The notes: generated by a model from the sequence alone, not told the origin. A stretch of DNA of 64,000 nt from Candidatus Nitrospinota bacterium M3_3B_026 (GCA_051418015.1 JBPRGF010000001.1:1-64000), one strand, 5' to 3'; shown: positions 37,131-47,988, counted from the first letter of the stretch. A program made the numbers and translations.

Positions 37131-37514
37131 ATGGGTCTTCTGATGGTGGAGTTTGCCGTACTGGCGCTGGTCCTGTTCTTCATAGCCTGGCCGCTCGCAA
37201 GAAAAGAGGCCGTGGCGGCCGAGGGCGAGCTTGCGGAAAGCGACCTGTCGGATCTTCTGTACCGCAAGGACGCCGCCTACGCCGCCCTCAAGGACCTGGA
37301 GTTCGACCACGCCGCCGGCAAGATCGACGACGACGACTACAAAGAGATGAGGACCAGGTTCGAAAAGGAGGCCCTGTCCATACTGAAAAGGGTCGAGGAC
37401 CACAAAAAAGGAATCGTCCCGCCCCGTGAAGAGGCGAAAACCATCTGCCCGAAATGCGGGGTCGGCGCCGGCGCGGCGGACAAGTTCTGCAGTAAATGCG
37501 GCGCGCGGCTTTAG
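37131..37514 (+). CDS. CcmI/CycH N-terminal-like protein with zinc ribbon
   Basis: TM helix + WPL, LKDLEFDHAAGKIDDDDY, CPKC...FCSKCG. Confidence 0.75.
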   Translation: MGLLMVEFAVLALVLFFIAWPLARKEAVAAEGELAESDLSDLLYRKDAAYAALKDLEFDHAAGKIDDDDYKEMRTRFEKEALSILKRVEDHKKGIVPPREEAKTICPKCGVGAGAADKFCSKCGARL

Positions 37515-37996
37515 CGCCGGGCCGCCTCTTCTCTCGGCAAGGTCACGGCGCCTTTTACCCCTGAGCCGTCCCGGAAAAAGTAGACCGTGACGACATCCGT
37601 CTCCGGCCCTGTCCATCGGCCATAGAGCCCCTCCCCGGCCCTCGTCAGGTTTTCGTTTTCAAAACCTTTCGCCTTCATGCCTTTCGTGTAAAAGGCGGCC
37701 AGTTCGTCGAGCGAGCGGTCCGTCGAAAAGTTGACCGTGTCGTCCGCGACGCCGGGGATATAGCTTCGAACGTCCGCCCCCGGCGGGATCACACCCCTTT
37801 CCCTCAGCGCCTCCGCGTCCGGCGTGGCGAAGCTTTCGCCGATGGAGACGCCGCGCTCGGCCCCGCCCCGGCCCATCAGCTCGTCCATCACCTTTTCCCC
37901 GGCGGCGGACGCGCCCTTTTCCAGTTTCGAGCACCCGGAGCCCGCGGCGATGGCGATAACGGCGGCGATGATGACGAGGTTTTTCGGGGACTTCAT
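37511..37996 (-). CDS. Hypothetical lipoprotein
   Basis: Signal peptide with AGSG-C; ATGA overlap with the upstream Crp gene. Confidence 0.65.
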   Translation of the reverse strand: MKSPKNLVIIAAVIAIAAGSGCSKLEKGASAAGEKVMDELMGRGGAERGVSIGESFATPDAEALRERGVIPPGADVRSYIPGVADDTVNFSTDRSLDELAAFYTKGMKAKGFENENLTRAGEGLYGRWTGPETDVVTVYFFRDGSGVKGAVTLPREEAARR

Positions 37997-38661
37997 CGCT
38001 CCACCAGGGAGCGCGAGAGATAGAGCTTTCTGCCTCTTGTCTTGAGCTGTCCGGTCTCGGCCATGGCGCGCATGGCGCGGTAGACCGTCTTCTCCGACAC
38101 TCCGAGCCTGTTCGACACCTGCCTGTAGGTCGGCTTGCCGTCCAGCCGGTAGAAATCGCCGTCCCGGGCTCCCTCTCTGACGGCCAGCGCCCTGAGGAAA
38201 TGGGCCACCCTCTGCTCCCCGTCCATGGCGCCGAGGCGCTCTATCATCTCGTTGGCGGCGAGCAGCCTTTCAACCAGGACCCGGGAAAGGTTCACTCCGA
38301 TGGCGGGGTAGATGTGCATCAGCTCCAGAAAGACGCCGCCGCTCACCTTGAACAGCCGGCTGTCCTCCAGCGCTACGGCCGTGGCGGAGCGCTCGCGGTT
38401 TTCGAAAAGGGACATCTCGCCCACGATGTCGCCTGCCTTGACGGTGTAGACTATGATCTCCCTGTTCGCGTCGTTGTCTATGATGATCTGGATGGAGCCC
38501 TCGACGACGAAGTAGACGCCGGAGCTTTCGTCGTGACGGTAGAAGAGCCGCCCGCCCTTCTCCAGGCGGACGGGGCTGGCCCGCCGGGCCACGTCCCCGA
38601 TCTCCCGGTCCGAAAGGCCGGACAGAACGTTTATATTCTTTAAAAGAGCGATATCGCTCAT
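37993..38661 (-). CDS. Crp/Fnr family transcriptional regulator
   Basis: cNMP domain VGEMSLFENRERSATA; C-terminal HTH (RLGVSEKTVYR). Confidence 0.92.
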   Translation of the reverse strand: MSDIALLKNINVLSGLSDREIGDVARRASPVRLEKGGRLFYRHDESSGVYFVVEGSIQIIIDNDANREIIVYTVKAGDIVGEMSLFENRERSATAVALEDSRLFKVSGGVFLELMHIYPAIGVNLSRVLVERLLAANEMIERLGAMDGEQRVAHFLRALAVREGARDGDFYRLDGKPTYRQVSNRLGVSEKTVYRAMRAMAETGQLKTRGRKLYLSRSLVER

Positions 38662-38716
38662 CGTGAAGGGCGCCTAAGCCGAAAAAGGCCCGGATGTACC
38701 CTGAGGGGGCCGCCCC

Positions 38717-39220
38717 TCAGGGAGAAAGGGCCTTGTCCAGCATTTTCTCCGCCTTGGATTCGTTTATTCCCTTGGCCTCCGCCAGCTCGCTTACGATAAG
38801 GCTGTGGGCGTTGTCGAAAACCTGCTGCTCCCCGAAGGACAAGCCCTTGGTCGTCCGCAGGGTGAAAAGGTCCCTGTACACCGAGGCGACCTCGAATATG
38901 GAGCCGGACTTGATCTTCTCCATGTACGATTTCTGGCGTTTGTTCCAGTTCGGCTCGATGGCGCAGGACCCGCCGTTCTTGAGGATGCTCATGATCTTGG
39001 GGACTTCCCGTTTTCTTATGATTTCTCTCATCCCGATGGCGCCGGCGGTCTTGATGGGGGCTATTATGGTCATCCCGCTGTTTTTCAGGCGGATGACGTA
39101 GCAGGATTCGTCCAGGCCGGACATGTCGCGGTTCTCGATCTTTTCAACGACGCCCAGCCCGTGCGAGGGGTAGATGATTTTCGAGCCTACCTGGAAAACA
39201 GCTTCAGGCTCTTCTGGCAT
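38717..39220 (-). CDS. carD: CarD/CdnL family transcriptional regulator
   Basis: FQVGSKIIYPSHGLG, NWNKR, KIKSG, LSFGE. Confidence 0.93.
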   Translation of the reverse strand: MPEEPEAVFQVGSKIIYPSHGLGVVEKIENRDMSGLDESCYVIRLKNSGMTIIAPIKTAGAIGMREIIRKREVPKIMSILKNGGSCAIEPNWNKRQKSYMEKIKSGSIFEVASVYRDLFTLRTTKGLSFGEQQVFDNAHSLIVSELAEAKGINESKAEKMLDKALSP

Positions 39221-39332
39221 GGTGTTGACGGAACCCCTCTTTATAAAGCGCAATCTCCCACTTACTCTTCAATAGTATCAGAACCCGCCACCATCGTCAA
39301 ACCAGCCGGATCCGCGGCAGGGAGGAAAAAAC

Positions 39333-39409
39333 TGGTGGGCCCGCCAGGACTCGAACCTGGAACCGCCCGGTTATGAGCCGGAAGCTCTAACCAGTTGAGC
39401 TACGGGCCC
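39333..39409 (-). tRNA. tRNA with CAT anticodon, probably tRNA-Ile2 (lysidine); elongator Met not excluded
   Basis: Reverse complement GGGCCCGTAGCTCAACTGGTTAGAGC...CTCATAA...GGTTCGAGTCC...GGGCCCACCA; downstream of rpoD like ileX. Confidence 0.9.
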
Positions 39410-39479
39410 CCATGTTAAGGGGCATTATGGCGCCGCGAAAGGCCCCCGGGCCGGGATATCCGGCCGCGCCCTTATTCTA

Positions 39480-41195
<1,716 letters not shown>

Positions 41196-41327
41196 TTAGA
41201 TCTCCCGGATCCTTTCGAAACAAAGCTCAATTGTTTTTAAATCAACAACTTAACACGCCGGAGCCGGCCTCCCGCCCACAGGGGCGACGGCGCGCCAGGA
41301 CACAGCTTTCCAAACGCTAAACTTACA

Positions 41328-43085
41328 TTATATCTGTTTACCGCGAAATTCCAAATATTTTTCCTGCGCCTGCCTGAACCTGGAAAGGTCGCCGGCCCGG
41401 GTGGCGGATTTGAGCTCATCGAGTATACGGCGCCGCCTTTCGGGGCTGTATTTTATCCTGTTCACAAGGTCGCGGGCAGCCGCTTCGGCGTCCTTCTCGT
41501 CGAAGAGGTTTTTCTCCATGCTCAGGGCGGCTATCCCCTGCCGCGTCTTGTCATCGGGGGCCATGTCCATCACCTCCGCCGCGCTATCGGCCCCCTTGAG
41601 GACGGCCTCGCGCAGCGTGTCGAAAATACTCCTGTAATCAGGAGACGTGAAATCGTCGGCAGTGAGCCCCGAGGCGACGCTCTTCAGGTATTCCGGTTTC
41701 TCGAGGAGTATGCGCGCCAGGACTTTCTCGGTGTTGTGGGAGGGGGGCGTTTTCGGCTTTTCGGCCTTCGGGCTCACGGCCCCCTCGGGGCGGCCCCCGC
41801 CACGCCCGGCTTCATCTTTCAGGACTTCGTAGTCTGTCCCAGTCCTGTCCGCCAGAACGTGAAGGTATTGCGACCGTTCTATGTTGTCCTTTATCCGGCG
41901 CAGGTACGGGATGACCTCCCGGGCGGCCTTCGCCCTGCCCTCGACGCTTCCAAGGTCCGCGCCGGAAAGAGTGGCCTCGATTATGAAAACGGGGAAGGAG
42001 GGCGCCTCGTCCACAAGCCTTCGGAACTCTTCGGCGGAATGCTCCTTCAGAAAGTCGTCCGGGTCCTTGGCCCCCGGCAGAGTCAGGACCCTGACCGCTA
42101 TGTCGTGATCCAGCAGTATGGGGACGCTCCTTTTGGCCGCGGCGATCCCCGCGGCGTCGGAGTCGAAGAGCGCCACGACGCTTCCGCAGGCTCGCCGGAT
42201 AAGCTCCGCCTGCCGGCCGGTGAAGGCCGTGCCGGAGACGGCGACGCAGTTTTCCACCCCCTCCCGGTGGAGAGCCAGCACGTCCATATAGCCTTCCACC
42301 AGGATCATGAACCCCTCCCTCCGGGCGGCGCCCTGGGCCTGGGGCCAGCCGTAGAGAGCCCGGCTCTTGTTGTATATGGGCGAGTCGGGGCTGTTCATGT
42401 ATTTCGGCGTGCCGGGCGGAGCGCCGGGCAGCGTCCTGCCGCCGAAGCCTATGACCTTGCCGCCGGCGCTCATGATGGGAAAGATCAGCCGGGCGCGGAA
42501 CCTGTCTATGTAATTGCCCTTGGAGGATTTTTTCACAAGGCCCGCCTTTTCCAGGGTCTCCATGCCGAACCCGCGGTCCGAGAGGCGTTTTGAGAGGGCG
42601 TCCCAGGCCTCCGGCGCCCACCCGAGCCGGAATTTTTCGATCAGCTCTCCGGTCAGGCCCCTTTCCCCGGCGTATTCCATCACCGGCGACCCCGGCTCCT
42701 GGCCGAGCAGAAGCTCGCGATAAAACCGCGCCGCCGCCTCCACGGCCTCGTACAGCCTGTCGAGCTCCGTGTCCTGGCGCCGTCCTCCCCGCTCCGGGAT
42801 GGCCACGCCGTAGCGCCGGGCGAGAAGGCGGACGGCCTCCGGGAAGGAGACGTTCTCCATCTTCATCACGAAGGTGAAGACGTTGCCTCCCTCGCCGCAG
42901 CCGAAGCAGTGGAATATGTTCCGCTCCGGGTTGACGTTGAAGGAGGGGGTTTTCTCTTCGTGAAAAGGACACAGGGCGCGCCAGTTCGCGCCGGACTTTT
43001 TGAGGGGGAGGTAGTCGGAGACAATCTCCACGATGTCCGCCCTGCCTCGTATCTCTTCTATGATCTCTTCGGGTATTCCCGCCAT
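41328..43085 (-). CDS. dnaG: DNA primase
   Basis: CPFHEEKTPSF...CFGC zinc finger, KYMNSP, VEGYMD, FDSD, KDPDD. Confidence 0.97.
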   Translation of the reverse strand: MAGIPEEIIEEIRGRADIVEIVSDYLPLKKSGANWRALCPFHEEKTPSFNVNPERNIFHCFGCGEGGNVFTFVMKMENVSFPEAVRLLARRYGVAIPERGGRRQDTELDRLYEAVEAAARFYRELLLGQEPGSPVMEYAGERGLTGELIEKFRLGWAPEAWDALSKRLSDRGFGMETLEKAGLVKKSSKGNYIDRFRARLIFPIMSAGGKVIGFGGRTLPGAPPGTPKYMNSPDSPIYNKSRALYGWPQAQGAARREGFMILVEGYMDVLALHREGVENCVAVSGTAFTGRQAELIRRACGSVVALFDSDAAGIAAAKRSVPILLDHDIAVRVLTLPGAKDPDDFLKEHSAEEFRRLVDEAPSFPVFIIEATLSGADLGSVEGRAKAAREVIPYLRRIKDNIERSQYLHVLADRTGTDYEVLKDEAGRGGGRPEGAVSPKAEKPKTPPSHNTEKVLARILLEKPEYLKSVASGLTADDFTSPDYRSIFDTLREAVLKGADSAAEVMDMAPDDKTRQGIAALSMEKNLFDEKDAEAAARDLVNRIKYSPERRRRILDELKSATRAGDLSRFRQAQEKYLEFRGKQI

Positions 43086-43109
43086 AAGCTCTTTCGCGTC
43101 TCGCTCTGG

Positions 43110-43556
43110 CTAGCTGTCGAAAAACTCTTTCACGATCCCGTTGACAACCGCGCCGTCGGCCCTCCCTTTCACCCGCGGCATGACCTCCTTCATCACCCGC
43201 CCCATATCTTTCATCGATGCCGCCCCGGTTTTGCCGATGGCCTCCGTTACTATCCGGCGGATCTCCTTTTCGGAAAGCTGCTCCGGCAGGTAGCCGGTCA
43301 ATATCTCGGCCTCCGCGGCCTCCTTTTCCGCAAGGTCGTCCCTGCCGCCCTTTTTATACTGCTCCACGGCCTCGCGGCGCTTTTTGACCTCGGAGGCGAC
43401 CACGGCCTCCTCCTCCTGGCCGGAAAGCTCTCTTCTAAGCTCTATCTCTTTGTTCTTTATGGCGTTCTGAGCCATCCTGACCGCCGAGAGCCGGGCACGG
43501 TCCTTGGCCTTCATGGCCGATATCATATCTTCTTTCAGTCTTTGCTTGATCGTCAT
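43110..43556 (-). CDS. yqeY: GatB/YqeY domain protein
   Basis: AMKAKD, KKRREA...Y..GGRDDL, YLPEQLS, MKDMGRVM, GRADG. Confidence 0.93.
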   Translation of the reverse strand: MTIKQRLKEDMISAMKAKDRARLSAVRMAQNAIKNKEIELRRELSGQEEEAVVASEVKKRREAVEQYKKGGRDDLAEKEAAEAEILTGYLPEQLSEKEIRRIVTEAIGKTGAASMKDMGRVMKEVMPRVKGRADGAVVNGIVKEFFDS

Positions 43557-43697
43557 GGCGGGCTGGGTTCCCACAGAGCTTTATAGGGTTGACATGACCG
43601 CCGCCCTGGCCAGCGCGGGCCGGACCGGCGAAACATCGGGACGCCGCCTCCAGCCCCCTTGCGAAAGCAGGGCGAAAAACCTCGTTAATCCTGTATA

Positions 43698-43738
43698 CTC
43701 TATAATCTAAACTTAGGTCTATCAATATGTTTCGTCAA
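43698..43738 (-). promoter_or_regulatory. Putative overlapping sigma-70 promoters for yqeY-dnaG-rpoD
   Basis: Minus strand TTGACG-N17-TAAGTT and TTGATA-N17-TAGAGT in an AT-rich stretch. Confidence 0.45.
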
Positions 43739-43853
43739 GCCCGCGGCGGCGGCGAAAATTCTCTTTCAACTCCTGTTATTATTTGAATATGTCAGACGAT
43801 ATTATGATATTGTTTACTACCGACTGGTTACGACACAAAGGGACACGAAACGG

Positions 43854-45281
43854 ATGACAGGGGCAGCGGCCGGTTCTCCGGCGAGGCGCGCAAGGAGTTT
43901 TTTCCTTTTGGCTGCCATGGGCCTGACGGCGCTGGCCTGCGGCGCCCAGACAGGCTTTTCGGGAGCGTCCGGCCCGGTGGAGACGAAAAAATCCAGTCTC
44001 GCCCTCGCCTGGCCGGAGGGTTACTCATACAACCCCGAGACCCGGGAGCTTACCCTTCCAGAGCCCGCGGGCGCCGCCGCGCAGGCCACGCTTCCCGTAT
44101 ACGTGACGAAGATAACCCTCACCATATCCGGCCCGGGCATGGATCCCGTCGTTTTGAACGTCCCGCTGGACACTCTCACGGTGGAGTTCGCCGTCCCCGC
44201 GGGCGAAAAGACTTTTACGCTGCTCGTGGAGACGAACATAGCGGGCCTTTCGTTCTCCGACTCCGTGACGCTGGCTCTCATCCCCGGCGCGGGGATAGAT
44301 CTTGACTTTTCCATGGAGATAAACGCCCCGCCAACGGTGGAGGGGATATCCGGCCCGTCGTCCACGTACAAAAGAACTCCGGTAACCTTCACCGTCAACG
44401 TGACCGACCTTGACCCGGACGACACGCTGACATACACATGGGACGGCGGCGGAGGGTCCGTCTCCGGCTCGGGCTCGTCGATATCGTGGTCGGCCGGCCG
44501 CAAGGGGACCTACACCGTCTGCGTGACCGTCGATGACGGCGGCGGGACAACGGTGAACGACTGCGCGGATATCAACGTGCTGAACCGCGATCCGGTCATA
44601 AGATCCGTCACGGCGTCCAACTCCACCCCCGTCGCCGGCGAGACGGTGACCGTCACCGTCGACGCCTACGACCCCGACGGAGACAGGCTCTCCTTCGCCT
44701 GGAGCGATGGAGGCGCGCAGGCGAGGACCGCGCCCGGCGGGGGCGGCGGCCCGGGCGCCTACGGCTGGACGGCAAGCGGCTACCAGACCCAATACACCCC
44801 CGACTCGACCGGGACGAGGACGCTCACCGTCACGGCGGATGATGGGGATGGCGGCAGGACCTCCTCATCCGTGTCGATGAACGTGAAGCCGAATACTTAC
44901 AGGATAGATATCAACGGGGTTGTTCCAGGGTGCTGGGACGGGGATGGAGATATCTGGACCCTGAACGTTACGGCCATCGGAGACGACTTGAGGCTTACCT
45001 GCGACGCGATCACGTTGGGGCAAAATGGCTCCAACCTGGAAATAATCATAAGCGATGACTTCAATGGCTATCATTGTTCTGGCTCCATCGTGGTTACAGA
45101 CCCGGACCTGGCCGATACCGAGCCTCCCACAACGTTGCAGTGGAACGCGGCGCAGAGCATGTATTGTCTTGAAATACTTGAGACATGCACCGGCGGCGAT
45201 GACAACGCGCGGTATGACTGTTACCTGTTGTCCAACGCGCCGGTGACCGCCACGTTGCAGATGGATACCAATCCTCCATGA
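43854..45281 (+). CDS. Surface lipoprotein with tandem PKD/Ig-like domains and a Cys-rich C-terminal domain
   Basis: Lipobox ALA-C; two N(A/R)xP...DxDxDxL(T/S)(Y/F)xW...VTxDDG repeats. Confidence 0.8.
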   Translation: MTGAAAGSPARRARSFFLLAAMGLTALACGAQTGFSGASGPVETKKSSLALAWPEGYSYNPETRELTLPEPAGAAAQATLPVYVTKITLTISGPGMDPVVLNVPLDTLTVEFAVPAGEKTFTLLVETNIAGLSFSDSVTLALIPGAGIDLDFSMEINAPPTVEGISGPSSTYKRTPVTFTVNVTDLDPDDTLTYTWDGGGGSVSGSGSSISWSAGRKGTYTVCVTVDDGGGTTVNDCADINVLNRDPVIRSVTASNSTPVAGETVTVTVDAYDPDGDRLSFAWSDGGAQARTAPGGGGGPGAYGWTASGYQTQYTPDSTGTRTLTVTADDGDGGRTSSSVSMNVKPNTYRIDINGVVPGCWDGDGDIWTLNVTAIGDDLRLTCDAITLGQNGSNLEIIISDDFNGYHCSGSIVVTDPDLADTEPPTTLQWNAAQSMYCLEILETCTGGDDNARYDCYLLSNAPVTATLQMDTNPP

Positions 45282-45313
45282 TTGATGAATCGGAAATTTA
45301 ACCATTGGCCCAC

Positions 45314-46183
45314 ATGAGATATCTCAGCCCGCTGGTGGCGGCGGCCGTGCTGGTTTTTCTGAGCGCGCCCGCCGCCATCGCCGCGCCGATCGGGACGAAG
45401 GCGGTCTACGTCGAGGGGACGGTGACGGTTTTTTCCGTGGTGGACAAGAAGACCCATCCGGTGAAGGTGGGGACGGAGTTCGCCGAAGGGGACGAGGTGA
45501 CGACCGCCGCGGCCAGCGAGCTTGAGATAGAGTTCGACACGGGCGACCTGATCCGCCTGGACGAGAACACGGAGCTTGTCATAAAGAGCCTGAACAGGAA
45601 CGAGGCCGGGTCCACGTCGTCGGTCTTCGGGATGGCGCTGGGAAGGGTCAAGGCCGCCGTGTCGAAGCTCGCGGACGAGGAGTCGAGATTCGAACTCCAC
45701 ACCAAGACGGCCATATGCGGCGTGGCGGGGACGCCGCCTTTCGTCGTGGAGGCCAAGGATGACCAGACGAACGTCGACCTGCTCGGCGAGCCCGGCGCGC
45801 CGGGGAAGGTCTACGTGCAGGGGGCGACAGGGCCGGGACAGAAGGTCGTCTTCCTTACCGCGCTGACCCGCACGATCGTGCGGATGGGGGAGGATCCTTT
45901 GGAGCCCTTCCCGGTCACGCCGGAGAGGCTGAGACAGCTTAAGAAGCTTCTGCGGTTCGAGTTCGAGAAGCTCACCGGCAGGGCGCCGACACCGGATGAG
46001 GAGATGATGATGGAGAGCCTGGCGAGGAGGCTTTCGCTTCCCCGCCCGGCGGACCCCTCGAACCCGGACACCCTGGAGGACCTTGAGAGACAGTACGACC
46101 AGGGCCGGGTTTTCGAGGACGGCGGCGTCGCCGGGCCGGAACAGTCCATAACCCGAGGCAAGATAAAGATAAACCTGAAATGA
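45314..46183 (+). CDS. Secreted FecR-domain protein
   Basis: Signal peptide; GDEVTT...IRLDENTEL...GRV...HTKTAICGVAGT FecR-like pattern. Confidence 0.8.
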   Translation: MRYLSPLVAAAVLVFLSAPAAIAAPIGTKAVYVEGTVTVFSVVDKKTHPVKVGTEFAEGDEVTTAAASELEIEFDTGDLIRLDENTELVIKSLNRNEAGSTSSVFGMALGRVKAAVSKLADEESRFELHTKTAICGVAGTPPFVVEAKDDQTNVDLLGEPGAPGKVYVQGATGPGQKVVFLTALTRTIVRMGEDPLEPFPVTPERLRQLKKLLRFEFEKLTGRAPTPDEEMMMESLARRLSLPRPADPSNPDTLEDLERQYDQGRVFEDGGVAGPEQSITRGKIKINLK

Positions 46184-47409
46184 GGATAGCGTCTTACAAT
46201 ATCATCCCCTCCCCCGGAGGGAGGGGACACAGGGGAGGGGGATGCCTCCTTCGCTTTGTTGGGCCGTTCGCGGCCTGCCTCGTCATCGCCTTCACGGCCG
46301 GCGCGGCGGGCGCCCAGGAGGCCGGGGAGCGCCCCTGGCTCGTCTCGTTGAACGTCAACCACGGCTCTTTCTCCACGGGGGATATCGACGCGGACGGGAC
46401 GCAGACGCTCTCCTACGCCCAGGTCGCCTACGAGGCGGAGAGGTGGGGCGTCGCGGCGGCGGGGTCATACGCCGCCACGTCCTATGACACCGAGGCCAGC
46501 GAGCAGAGGTTCGAGGCGTCCGCCATCCGCGACACGACGCTGAGCGGCTACTACCGTTTCGCGAAGGGGAGGCTTGGCGTCCGGGCCGGAATGGACATGA
46601 CCCTTCCCACGGGCAAGAGCGCTTTCGAGTCCACCGAGCTTGGCCGCGTGATAACCGACGACGTTCGGGAGGACCTCCTGCTGGTCCACACCTACGGCGG
46701 CGGGTTGAACGTCAACCCCAGCCTGGCGATGACCTACAAGACCGGCCCCGTGACCTGGGGGGCGGGGATAAAATATCTTTTCGCGGGCGAATACAACCCC
46801 ACCACCGACATGGACGGCGACGACTTCGACCCCGGCGACGTCCTGACGGGAATACTGAGCGCCCTCGTGGACGGCGGGCGCGCGGGCAAGCTCCTTTTCA
46901 CGGCGACCTACACCCGCGCCGGGGCCGACAGGCAGGGAGGCAGGGAGGTCTTCCGGGAGGGGGACTCGCTGGTCCTGGAGGCGAGGGGAATCAGGCAGTG
47001 GACAGAGGCGTGGCGGTCCACCATCGGGCTGATCCTCGGCGTACAGGAAAAGAACGAACGGCTCGGCGACGGGGACGTTTTAAGAAGCGAGACCGGCAAC
47101 GCCAACGGCGACTCGCTGGAGATACTCACCACGAACGTCTACAGGCTCGCATCCAGGGTCTCGCTGACGGGGATACTGGGGTATAAGAAGGTCGAGGCGA
47201 ACGGCTACTCCGAGGGGGACACCCTCCACGACGCCGGACGGGGGGTGTTCTACCTGGAGCCGGGCGGGGCGTACTACCTGCGGGATGACCTTTACGTGAT
47301 GTTCAGGCTTCGCTACGCGAGAGTGGGCGACAAAAAGGACGCCTTCTCGCCGAAGGACGCCGCCTACGATGTCATCAACGCCGACGCGGGGGTTGTCTAC
47401 AACTTCTGA
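46180..47409 (+). CDS. Outer membrane beta-barrel protein
   Basis: Signal peptide, alternating amphipathic strands, LPTG and DPGD motifs, C-terminal VVYNF BAM signal. Confidence 0.75.
   Translation: MRIASYNIIPSPGGRGHRGGGCLLRFVGPFAACLVIAFTAGAAGAQEAGERPWLVSLNVNHGSFSTGDIDADGTQTLSYAQVAYEAERWGVAAAGSYAATSYDTEASEQRFEASAIRDTTLSGYYRFAKGRLGVRAGMDMTLPTGKSAFESTELGRVITDDVREDLLLVHTYGGGLNVNPSLAMTYKTGPVTWGAGIKYLFAGEYNPTTDMDGDDFDPGDVLTGILSALVDGGRAGKLLFTATYTRAGADRQGGREVFREGDSLVLEARGIRQWTEAWRSTIGLILGVQEKNERLGDGDVLRSETGNANGDSLEILTTNVYRLASRVSLTGILGYKKVEANGYSEGDTLHDAGRGVFYLEPGGAYYLRDDLYVMFRLRYARVGDKKDAFSPKDAAYDVINADAGVVYNF
46204..46241. repeat. CCCCTCCCCCGG..GGGAGGGG palindromic repeat inside the 5' end of the barrel ORF
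   Basis: ATCCCCTCCCCCGGAGGGAGGGG differs by one base from the intergenic copy at 51845. Confidence 0.75.
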
Positions 47410-47410
47410 C

Positions 47411-47642
47411 AGATGTTGAAACGCGGCAAGAATCTTGTCCCAAGCCGTTTTTTGGGCAACGAATAATCCCCCTCCCGCCGTCCGAAGCCAGATGCTTCGC
47501 TTCGCTCAGCATGACATGACGCCGTGGCGGCGGCGCCTTGCCGCTTTCGCCACCCTTAGCCGCCCCATTGTCATCCTGAGGCGAAGCCGAAGGATCTCAA
47601 GGTGGCTCCGGCGAAGGGTCGCGATCATGTTTTTCAACAACT
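47411..47642. mobile_element. MITE-like element with TGTTGAAA/TTTCAACA ends carrying two GTCATCCTGAG-type palindromes
   Basis: TGTTGAAA 47414-47421 and TTTCAACA 47632-47639; internal AGATGCTTCG..CTCAGCATGACA (47490-47516) and TGTCATCCTGAG..GAAGGATCTC (47569-47598). Confidence 0.55.
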
Positions 47643-47691
47643 TGCCCGCCCTGCTTTAGAAGCGCCGCCCCACACAGCTCCTGTTTAGGGC

Positions 47692-47721
47692 TTGACAACA
47701 GGCGGCCCGGTTAATTAATGT
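47692..47721 (+). promoter_or_regulatory. Putative sigma-70 promoter of the tRNA cluster
   Basis: TTGACA-N18-TAATGT upstream of tRNA-Lys. Confidence 0.5.
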
Positions 47722-47753
47722 AACTAATTTTGACCGATTATGAAGCAGACGGC

Positions 47754-47829
47754 GGGCCGGTAGCTCAGTCGGTAGAGCAACTGCCTTTTAAGCAGTGGGT
47801 CGAAGGTTCGAGTCCTTCCCGGCTCACCA
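47754..47829 (+). tRNA. tRNA-Lys(TTT)
   Basis: Cloverleaf; anticodon loop CTTTTAA; GGTTCGAGTCC; CCA end. Confidence 0.96.
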
Positions 47830-47894
47830 TATTATGTTAATTAACAAGCAGGAGAACGTCCTTCCTTTTCCGGGAAGGTGTTATGGTTTGCGTC

Positions 47895-47970
47895 GTCCCC
47901 ATCGTCTAGAGGCCCAGGACACCGCCCTTTCACGGCGGCAACGCGGGTTCGACTCCCGCTGGGGACGCCA
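47895..47970 (+). tRNA. tRNA-Glu(TTC)
   Basis: GTCCCCATCGTCTAGAGG...loop CTTTCAC...GGTTCGACTCC...GGGGACGCCA. Confidence 0.96.
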
Positions 47971-47988
47971 TTTTTAAGGCTTTTTCGC

